A stretch of DNA of 64,000 bases from NCBI GenBank assembly GCA_030587475.2, contig JAUQYZ020000253.1, positions 1 to 64,000 on the forward strand, in the 5' to 3' direction. Source of the stretch: Candidatus Sigynarchaeum calidifontis (GTDB lineage Archaea; Asgardarchaeota; Lokiarchaeia; Sigyniarchaeales; Sigyniarchaeaceae). The position numbers and the translations under genes were made by a program. How positions within the stretch are numbered: the stretch's first letter is position 1; each line of letters begins with the position of its first letter. The notes under the pieces are model-generated. The model was not told where the DNA came from. It did not search any database and worked only from the letters and a program-made list of their open reading frames with translations. Shown here in pieces: positions 56,698 to 64,000 of the stretch.

Positions 56698-57175
56698 GAA
56701 GACACGCCGACTTGATCGCTTTTCGAATTCATGCGGGGAATGAAGTGTATATTCAAGCGTTTCTTTCGTGGAAAAAGGATGAAAACCCGCGCGATGCTCC
56801 CGTCTTGCGAAATATGCAACAGCTCGGCTTCCATGAAAGTCGTTGGCCGTCAACAAGGCCGGGTCAAACGAAGATTTTTTTTAGAAAATCGGGCCATGCA
56901 GCCACATCACAATCGTACCAGACATCGACTGCCGAGAAATGGCTCGACAAAATCCGACTGGCGAAATAGGTGCACGTTCTCGGCCCGCACAGAGCTCGAT
57001 AACGTTAATACCGTATCAACAAGTATTTAAATGTTTATAAAAGGGGGAGATAAGTTAGAAAAACCGTTAAGTGAACATGGAACATTTATATGCCGATGAG
57101 GATTTTCTTTCGTTACTATTTCCACGGTTTCGACGGATTTGCGTCTTTAAAAAAAGATTAGAGAACCCGCCGTAG

Positions 57176-57562
57176 GTGTCCACTTCGTCAGCCATCAACC
57201 ACTCTCCAGGGAAGCCGCTACGCCTCGGGAAACCGCTCCAGCGAACCAGCGCGGACCACTTGCTCTTCCGTGTAGGAGCCGATATCCCGCTGAAATCACT
57301 CGGCGAGAGGGTTGTGGACTCGTCGATGACGAATTGCGTGGGCACGGTCTACGATATTTTCGGGCCCGTCGAAAGCCCGTTTCTTTCCGTCAAGTTGCAA
57401 GATTCGGGGGAAGCAAGATCCACCAACGACGTCGATTACCTTTCCGCGAGCTATTTCGTGCTCCTCGAGCAGAGGCGGCCGGGGGGCAGGAACGCGAAAG
57501 ATGCCAGAAAGTTCAGCAAATCCACCAGGTTCACCAAAACCGCCAAAACCAAACGGGGCTGA
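57176..57562 (+). CDS. gar1: H/ACA RNP subunit Gar1/Naf1
   Basis: [17 protein letters not shown]; canonical position upstream of tfb. Confidence 0.85.
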   Translation: MSTSSAINHSPGKPLRLGKPLQRTSADHLLFRVGADIPLKSLGERVVDSSMTNCVGTVYDIFGPVESPFLSVKLQDSGEARSTNDVDYLSASYFVLLEQRRPGGRNAKDARKFSKSTRFTKTAKTKRG

Positions 57563-57566
57563 ATGC

Positions 57567-58523
57567 ATGGTCGTAAATCCAAGGGAGATCAACATCGAAC
57601 GTGATGTCGAGGGAGAACAAGAGAAATGCATAACTTGCGGGACTGAAGTTTTTTTCGTGGATGATTACCGGGGCGAGAAAGTATGCTCCGCGTGTGGAAC
57701 GGTAATGAAAGCAAAGATCATCGATCCAGGCCCGGAATGGCGGGCATTCGATGCCGACCAGAAAAAGAAACGCACGCGGGTCGGAGCGCCGCTGACGTAC
57801 ACGATCCATGACAAGGGCTTGAGTACCATCATCGATTTCCGCGACCGGGACGTGTTCGGTCGAAAGATCTCGCCGCGCATAAAGGCACAAGTTTACCGGC
57901 TTCGGAAATGGCAGCGCCGCATCCGGGTATCGGACGCCATGGAGCGCAACCTGACCTTTGCATTGAGCGAGCTAGACCGAATGGCGTCAGCATTGTCGCT
58001 GCCCAAGAACTTGCGGGAAACCGCGTCGAAGATCTATCGAAGTGCTGTTAAAAATCATCTCATCCGTGGCCGCAGCATCGAGGGGGTCGCTGCTGCCAGC
58101 ATCTATGCTTCTTGTCGTCTTTGTAAAATACCTCGCACGCTTCAAGAAATCGCCGAGGTCGCTCGCGTGGACAAGAAGGAGATCGGCCGCTGTTACCGGT
58201 TCATCTCGCACCGGCTCTCGCTCAACGCCGGCCCCACGTCGCCCGTCGAGTACATCTCGCGGTTCGCCAGCGGGCTCAAGCTGTCGGGCAAGTGCCAGTC
58301 GACCGCCCGCCACATCTTGCAGGTCGCGTCGAAAAAAGGGCTCACGTCCGGCCGCGGCCCGACAGGGGTCGCCGCCGCGGCGCTCTACCTGGCCAGCGTG
58401 CTCGAGAAGGAGAGGCGCACCCAGCGCGATATCGCCAAGATAGCCCAGGTGACCGAAGTCACGGTTCGCAATCGCTTTAAAGAACTCATCAGCAAGCTCA
58501 ACATAAACATTACTGACGAGTGA
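57567..58523 (+). CDS. tfb: Transcription initiation factor IIB
   Basis: CITC...CSAC Zn ribbon, [37 protein letters not shown]. Confidence 0.96.
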   Translation: MVVNPREINIERDVEGEQEKCITCGTEVFFVDDYRGEKVCSACGTVMKAKIIDPGPEWRAFDADQKKKRTRVGAPLTYTIHDKGLSTIIDFRDRDVFGRKISPRIKAQVYRLRKWQRRIRVSDAMERNLTFALSELDRMASALSLPKNLRETASKIYRSAVKNHLIRGRSIEGVAAASIYASCRLCKIPRTLQEIAEVARVDKKEIGRCYRFISHRLSLNAGPTSPVEYISRFASGLKLSGKCQSTARHILQVASKKGLTSGRGPTGVAAAALYLASVLEKERRTQRDIAKIAQVTEVTVRNRFKELISKLNINITDE

Positions 58524-58758
58524 GATCCCTGGGTTCCGGCAGGAATCTGGCACGATTTCAACCTCGTCGCCCCTATTCTTCCTTTTTCTCTTGATTCGCT
58601 TCACCCATGAGCTCGTCCAGGTCAAGAGACTCCCACTGTCTCCGAGGTTGCCTCGGCTTGTTTTCGGCCGCGCCAGCCCCATTGTGCGAAACACGTGCAA
58701 GCTCCGCTTTTTTAGCGCGCGATGGTGGTCTTCGTGATTATCTTGTTAGATCGCCCAA

Positions 58759-59058
58759 TTGAGCGATTTCCATAGCTTCTATACTTATTTCAGCTTCAAT
58801 TTCATTCGATCAGATGTCGTACATTTACACGATCCGCATCTCGACCCTGTTGCGAGCAGCGCCGCGATGGAGATCCATGCTGCCGGCCTTCCGGATCTCC
58901 TGGATTGCTGGATCGCTGGCAGCGCGATCGCTCTAGGCGGTCTATTTATCACCGAGGACGATGTGCTGAGGAACCTCGTCCGATCTGTGCCGGCTTACGC
59001 CAAGATTGCCGTCTTGAATTGGAACGAATTCCACGATCACGTGAAAAACCATGGATAG
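58759..59058 (+). pseudogene. Truncated PIN-domain gene (C-terminal half)
   Basis: G.PDLLDCWIAGSAIALGGLFITED is the PIN C-terminal motif; the N-terminal Asp strand is missing in frame. Confidence 0.55.
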
Positions 59059-59088
59059 CGTCAAGTAGATATCTACATTCTAACCACA

Positions 59089-59466
59089 TCACTGCTTCTC
59101 CAGCCGTGCCTTGTTCTTGTACACCGCGGCCGGGTACTTGGCCGCGTTCTTCCCGATCTTGTCGATGATGGCCGCGGCGATGTCGATTCGCTTGCCCGTG
59201 ATGCGCTCGATCGCGTTTACAAGGTTCAAGCTGTAGATCATGACGTCGGCTATCTCTTCGATGACCTCGTCCAGGTGCTCTTTCTTCCGCACGTGCTCGC
59301 GTGCCTCGTCGATGCTCTTCCACAAGAAGTGCTCGGACAGCTCGCCGGCTTCTATCGAGATCGCGAGCGCCAGGTCTTTCGGCTCGTGGAACCGCTCCCA
59401 CTCCCGCTCGGCCACGAACCGCCGCAATGCATCGCGCAAGGAATCGATGTCATGTTCGGGTGCCAT
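59089..59466 (-). CDS. MazG-like nucleotide pyrophosphohydrolase (DCTPP1 type)
   Basis: F.AEREW.RFH.PKDLA.AI..EAGEL.E.F.W, EEIADV, KI..N..KYP. Confidence 0.9.
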   Translation of the reverse strand: MAPEHDIDSLRDALRRFVAEREWERFHEPKDLALAISIEAGELSEHFLWKSIDEAREHVRKKEHLDEVIEEIADVMIYSLNLVNAIERITGKRIDIAAAIIDKIGKNAAKYPAAVYKNKARLEKQ

Positions 59467-59605
59467 GCTAGGACTTCGCTACGACACTTAAAAAAAGGCT
59501 CGATCAATTGAGCACGGGTTTCTGGTTGGATAGCACAAAACATCGGATTTTTTCACAAGGTAGTGCCAACAAGTGATGATTGTAGGCGCAAAAGGCGAGG
59601 AATTG

Positions 59606-60052
59606 TTATAACCCGTCGGAGCTGAAAAGATCCTTCAGGTCCTCCATTGCGGCCGCGTTCGATGATGAAAGCATCTTTTTCAACGTCTTGCCAAGCAGCG
59701 GGGCAAATTTCTTCATGGATGCTCGCACGAGACCTATTTGGATGTCCTTGTCGGAGATCACGCCGAGCACGCCCGCGTCCTCGCACGCCACGGCGAACCT
59801 GAAACCATTCTTGAACTCGTTGATCTGGATCTCGAGCCCCGAAAACTCGAGGGAATTTCCCTCCTCCTCGCCCGCCTGGAACACGGCACCCATAATCGCG
59901 CCGACCGCTTCAAGATCGAGTTGCTTGAACGCGTACTTGCTGAAATTGGCGATCATCATGCCCGTCCGGTCCATTAATATGACATGCGTTATTCCAGACA
60001 CGGATTGACCAATTTGCTCGAGTATCTGGTGGATGGTTTCCATACTGGACAT
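59606..60052 (-). CDS. Roadblock/LC7-domain protein
   Basis: ILMDRTGMMIA, AVGAIMGAVF, GVLGVI....QIGLVR helix/strand pattern. Confidence 0.85.
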   Translation of the reverse strand: MSSMETIHQILEQIGQSVSGITHVILMDRTGMMIANFSKYAFKQLDLEAVGAIMGAVFQAGEEEGNSLEFSGLEIQINEFKNGFRFAVACEDAGVLGVISDKDIQIGLVRASMKKFAPLLGKTLKKMLSSSNAAAMEDLKDLFSSDGL

Positions 60053-60349
60053 GTGACCAGCCGGCAGGTGTTCATCCAAATACAAATGGGCTATTTAATA
60101 AATGCAAATAAAACCTATTAAATCTCTTCTTTATGTCACATTTAACCTTTTCTGAGTCATTTGTGGTAACAGAAAGATTGATCGACGGTTTTTTTCTCGT
60201 TTCTGGACATGGCGAGCCCTCAGCAACTCGTGAAGGTGCATGTCGATGGAACGGGACCAGCCTATCAACGAGGAACAGTCTTGTTATAACAGCAGAATAC
60301 AAAAGCCATATAACCGATCGAAAAACAAAGTACCCCGGTAATGACCGCG

Positions 60350-61612
60350 ATGGCGTCCGAGATCATCTGCATCGGCTTCAATTGCCGCCCGATCGCCCAG
60401 AAGGTATCGGAAGCCGGATATCGCCCGATTGTGATCGATTATTTTGGCGATCTCGACATTCATCCATGCGCCGCGGAAGGCCATTATTTCCTGGAAGAAT
60501 CAAGCGATCCGAAGGACGCGGAGCATTTTAAGGCATGGGCGCTGGCCACGCTCGACCGCCTTGCTCGGTCGCGGGGGGGCAAAAAGCCGCTTATTCTCCC
60601 CGGCAGCGGCTTCGACGACGAACCGGAGGCATGGGCGAAATTTACCAGCCTGGGCCGCGTACTGGGTAGTAGTCCCGAGGCGATCAAGCGGGCGAGAAAC
60701 TTGAATACCATCGCGGACTTGTTGTGGGAAACCCCGAGCACCATCATCGTCCCGAAAACGAGGCACGTGACCATCGACGCTGCCACGGAGCCCACGACGA
60801 TGTCCCGCGAGATCCACGGCGAGCTTTCCTTTCCTGTCGTCGCCAAGCGTACCCGCACTGCCGGTGGGGCGGGCATTGAATTTGTCCAGAAAACGACATC
60901 GCTCGAGGAAGTATTCCGGCGCGTGAAAGAAGATTTACAAGGCAAGGCAGGCACGTCTGTATCATTCAATATCCAGGAATTCGTCGGAGGAGCTGAAGCC
61001 CGCGATGCAAGCGTTCTCGCCATTAATGGTCGTGTCGTGTGCAAGACCCTCCAGGTCATCGGCGATGCGGCACTGCACGCGCCGAAGCGATTCTCGTACT
61101 GCGGCAACACCATACCCTTCGATACCGGGGATCCTTCCCTCGATCATTCAATTGATTTACTGGTCGCGATGCTCCACCGGGATTTCGGGCTCGATGGCCT
61201 CTACGGGCTCGACATGGTGCTCGCGAAGGGGAAGGGATACCTCGTCGAGGTCAATCCACGCGTGCCAGGTAGCACCGAGCTGGCTTCCGTCTCGGTTGGC
61301 CGCAACTTGATCGCCGACCACGTGGCATCCTTCCTTGCCCCCGGCAGCCTTCCCGGCACGTACACGCCGGCACGTCATGCGATCAAGCGGATCCTCTTCG
61401 CCGGGAAGGATTTCACCATGCCAGCCCTCGACACGCTCGGTATCCATGGCAAACTGCATGACATCACGCCGCCCGGTACCCAGGTGTCCCGAGGGATGCC
61501 GGTCGTGACCTACATGCACCACGGCCCGCTGGATGCTGCTGGAAGCATCGACGTGGCGGCGAGGCAAGACATCAAAGCAATCTATGCATTCCTCGAACGG
61601 GACAGACCATGA
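60350..61612 (+). CDS. ATP-grasp protein (archaeal COG2232-like)
   Basis: DYFGDLD, GSGFD, K...AGG.GI, QEFV, YCGN, GLD, EVNPR. Confidence 0.85.
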   Translation: MASEIICIGFNCRPIAQKVSEAGYRPIVIDYFGDLDIHPCAAEGHYFLEESSDPKDAEHFKAWALATLDRLARSRGGKKPLILPGSGFDDEPEAWAKFTSLGRVLGSSPEAIKRARNLNTIADLLWETPSTIIVPKTRHVTIDAATEPTTMSREIHGELSFPVVAKRTRTAGGAGIEFVQKTTSLEEVFRRVKEDLQGKAGTSVSFNIQEFVGGAEARDASVLAINGRVVCKTLQVIGDAALHAPKRFSYCGNTIPFDTGDPSLDHSIDLLVAMLHRDFGLDGLYGLDMVLAKGKGYLVEVNPRVPGSTELASVSVGRNLIADHVASFLAPGSLPGTYTPARHAIKRILFAGKDFTMPALDTLGIHGKLHDITPPGTQVSRGMPVVTYMHHGPLDAAGSIDVAARQDIKAIYAFLERDRP

Positions 61613-62439
61613 CCGCGTGGCACCTCACTTTCCTCGGGACAGCCGCCAGCGCCGTGTCCAAGGCACGGAACCCGACGAGCATGCTACTCACGATCGATGG
61701 CAGGCATCTCCTCGTCGAGTGCGCGGAGGGCACCACCCGTCGGCTCGTGGAGCTCGGCATCGATATCCGGGACATCGTGGCCGTTTATATATCGCACGGT
61801 CATAATGATCACGTCAGCGGAATTGTCACCTTCCTGTGGCAGAACGTCCTCGTTGCCAGGCGAACCAAGCCACTCTGCATCATCGGCCCAGGTTACGTCA
61901 TCGAAACCGTCAAGAAAATGATCGACATGATGGGCACTCCGGCCGGATTCTTCTCGTTCGAGCTCGTGTACGAGCCGCTGGACGAGCAACATCTCGGTGA
62001 ACCGTGCGAGATCCCGGGCCTCGCGGCGGGCGGGCACGTCACGCGGCGGCACGCCCGTTCGGTGCACGACCCGCCTGCCAGGGCAATCCGAATCGACATC
62101 GCTGACCCGACAGGCAGGGTCATCGTATCGCTCTGCTATTCCTCGGACACGAGCCCGACCGGCGAGGTCGCGACCCTCGCTACGGGCTGCGAGTATCTCG
62201 TCCACGAGGCGACCATGTCCGACGAGGAGGAGAAGGCGGCCACCCGGTTCAACCATTCGACCCCGTCGGGCGCCGGCCGGGTTGCTACCAACGCGGGCGC
62301 GAAGCACCTCGTGATCGTCCACTATTCCGTGTTTCTCGAGGGCAAGGAAAGCGAGATCATCACGGGAGCAAAAAAAACATTCGCCGGCGACGTGATCGTC
62401 GCCAAGGATCTCATGGGATTACCGCTGCAGAAGAGATAA
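61609..62439 (+). CDS. RNase Z-like MBL-fold hydrolase
   Basis: LTFLGT, SHGHNDH, YSSDT, HEAT, HST, HYS, AKD; ATGA overlap with the ATP-grasp gene. Confidence 0.8.
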   Translation: MTAWHLTFLGTAASAVSKARNPTSMLLTIDGRHLLVECAEGTTRRLVELGIDIRDIVAVYISHGHNDHVSGIVTFLWQNVLVARRTKPLCIIGPGYVIETVKKMIDMMGTPAGFFSFELVYEPLDEQHLGEPCEIPGLAAGGHVTRRHARSVHDPPARAIRIDIADPTGRVIVSLCYSSDTSPTGEVATLATGCEYLVHEATMSDEEEKAATRFNHSTPSGAGRVATNAGAKHLVIVHYSVFLEGKESEIITGAKKTFAGDVIVAKDLMGLPLQKR

Positions 62440-62453
62440 GATGAAGGATTTGC

Positions 62454-63200
62454 TCATGGCTTGATGAGTTCCTTGATGCGCACGACGTAACGCATCAAGT
62501 TGGAGCTGCCACTTGCCGGTATCGATATTGCAAGCAAGCGGGCCTCGTCGAGCACGTGGATGATGATGCTTTGCTGTTCACCGATGATGGTCGTGAACTC
62601 CGCGTCCTCGCCCGTGATCAAGTTGTTCACGTTGAAGATCGCCGATACGAAAGCAGAGAGCCGGGCCTCGTCGATGTTGTCGCTCTGAATTTTTATCGGC
62701 AGGCCGTCCCTCGTAACGATGGCGTACATCTTCGCGTCGGGAATGGCAACTTTAATCCTGTAAAAAATGTCGCCGTAGTTTATATCGGATGACTCGATGA
62801 TCGCGGAAATCTTGAGGGCGAGCTCGTTGAGCTCGGACACGTACGGGTCGATGCCCTCGAGCTCGACGACTTGCCTGTCCAGGATGGCGCCAAACGAGAT
62901 GTTCCTCGTGAGGAAGCATGCCAGGATGTACGTGGGGCCGTACGTGATAACGTGCTTGAGGTTGTCCTCGGCGATCTTGGACGATGCCTTGGACGATATG
63001 AAGAGGATAGACGTCGTCGCGGCGACCATCTCCTTGGCATTATATTTCTTGATGTCTGGCTTGATGCAAGAGGCCACGATGTTGCCCCCGTGCGTGCCGA
63101 CTGACAATGCTTTTATCGCCAGACCTTTCTTGATCTTCTCGTCGAGCAATTCCTCGACCCGTTCTATGAAATCCTTCTGGCTTTCCGGTATCTTTGACAC
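62454..63200 (-). CDS. Tandem (double) roadblock-domain protein
   Basis: Two repeats: LSVGTHGGNIVA..MVAATTSI and YAIVTRDGLPI..LSAFVSAI. GTG start at 63200 has GGTGA upstream (63218 is an alternative). Confidence 0.78.
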   Translation of the reverse strand: MSKIPESQKDFIERVEELLDEKIKKGLAIKALSVGTHGGNIVASCIKPDIKKYNAKEMVAATTSILFISSKASSKIAEDNLKHVITYGPTYILACFLTRNISFGAILDRQVVELEGIDPYVSELNELALKISAIIESSDINYGDIFYRIKVAIPDAKMYAIVTRDGLPIKIQSDNIDEARLSAFVSAIFNVNNLITGEDAEFTTIIGEQQSIIIHVLDEARLLAISIPASGSSNLMRYVVRIKELIKP

Positions 63201-63227
63201 GGCTAGTTCACCATGCACGCTATAACC

Positions 63228-63863
63228 CTATTCAAGCTCTCGCTTGAGCTTCTCCAGCTCCTTTTTGACGTCCTCGGCAGTTGGCTTGTTGGCTTCCAGG
63301 TCCTCGACGGCAATGTTCTCGGGCATCTGGCCTTCTGGAGTTCCCGCCAGCTTGGCACCCATGTCGAGCGCGACCTCGGCTTGCATTTCCTCGAGCTCCC
63401 TTGTGACCTGGTCGTCGGCGAGCACGTCTTCGGTCGTGTCGCCCATGGCCTCCGCTGCCTCGTCGATGACGGCCCGGGCCTCCTCCGAATCCGCCACGAT
63501 GCTCTCGACGTTGAGGGCCTCGATGACCTTCGCGTACCTGTTTAACACGCCCACCGCGGTCGACAGGGCCTTCGTCGCGTTCTCGATGGTCTCGGCTTGG
63601 TCGATCGCGTCCATTTGGTCGCTGAGTTTGCGTTGAATATTGTAAAGGTTCTCGATATCCTTTTCTTGCTTGAGTTTTTTCGAGAGATGCACCTTGGCAA
63701 GTTTTTCATTCTTCTGCGCCAGTGCGGCCATCGCTTTCTTCTTGAGATCGGCGATGACTTGCTCCTTTTTCTTTATGGACGCGTCAATCTTCTTAATGCT
63801 ATCCTTGAGATCGAGAAATGCCGTGTCCTTGCCGATTTCTTTCTTCTTGAAAAGTTTCTTCAT
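63228..63863 (-). CDS. ESCRT-III subunit, Snf7 (Vps20/32/60) family
   Basis: MKKLFKKK amphipathic start, basic coiled-coil hairpin (A...L..K...AK..L..K), acidic C-terminal half, terminal ELEKLKREL. Confidence 0.85.
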   Translation of the reverse strand: MKKLFKKKEIGKDTAFLDLKDSIKKIDASIKKKEQVIADLKKKAMAALAQKNEKLAKVHLSKKLKQEKDIENLYNIQRKLSDQMDAIDQAETIENATKALSTAVGVLNRYAKVIEALNVESIVADSEEARAVIDEAAEAMGDTTEDVLADDQVTRELEEMQAEVALDMGAKLAGTPEGQMPENIAVEDLEANKPTAEDVKKELEKLKRELE

Positions 63864-64000
63864 GGTCGGTCGCTCGTGGCCGGACGACTGCTTATGGTCG
63901 GATGTTATATCAATGATGGAGCCTAATAACTTTAACATTACCGCCGAATTCGACGATGTTAAGGTGAGCATCAATGAACACAACAGTCGTGGGATCATTC

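Noticed and set aside
63864-63998. N-terminal extension or signal peptide on Snf7
   Set aside because: AT-rich promoter-like sequence; the ESCRT-III amphipathic start is MKKLFKKK at 63863.
1-64000. rRNA, tRNA, IS/transposase, integrase, prophage or intein
   Set aside because: None recognised by eye in the intergenic gaps or the ORF track; a tRNAscan-SE/Infernal run would be needed to exclude small RNAs.

Overview
GC-rich, gene-dense archaeal chromosomal segment, almost certainly from an Asgard archaeon (Lokiarchaeia/Sigynarchaeota-like; this is an inference from gene content, not from a search). Archaeal core genes include aRF1, DnaG, Gar1-TFB, ArcS-RaSEA, SmAP3, panE-mfnA-pok, aroC/aroA, an ADH-synthase-type aldolase, gdhA, hypB and purU. 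They are interleaved with many eukaryotic-signature-type genes: a Rab-like GTPase, an Arf/Rag-like GTPase with a C-terminal roadblock-like domain, a longin plus winged-helix protein, single and tandem roadblock proteins, ESCRT-III (Snf7 family), a GET3/ArsA ATPase and a PAC4-like protein. The best candidate for an undescribed system is 21.2-25.8 kb. There a RagA-like GTPase is transcribed divergently from a longin protein that carries an FLCN/SMCR8/NPRL2-type arginine-finger motif (W-A-R-G, R73), followed by an AbrB-ACT protein and an aromatic amino acid pathway aldolase. This could be a prokaryotic Rag-GAP amino-acid-sensing module. The second candidate is the first 3 kb, where the 3' end of a DUF4177-like gene recurs three times and brackets small foreign-looking cargo (Zn finger, GNAT-like, VapBC). 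No rRNA, tRNA, CRISPR array, integrase, transposase or reverse transcriptase was recognised. All family calls are by-eye motif recognition, with eukaryotic reference motifs recalled from memory, and need HMM or structure confirmation.
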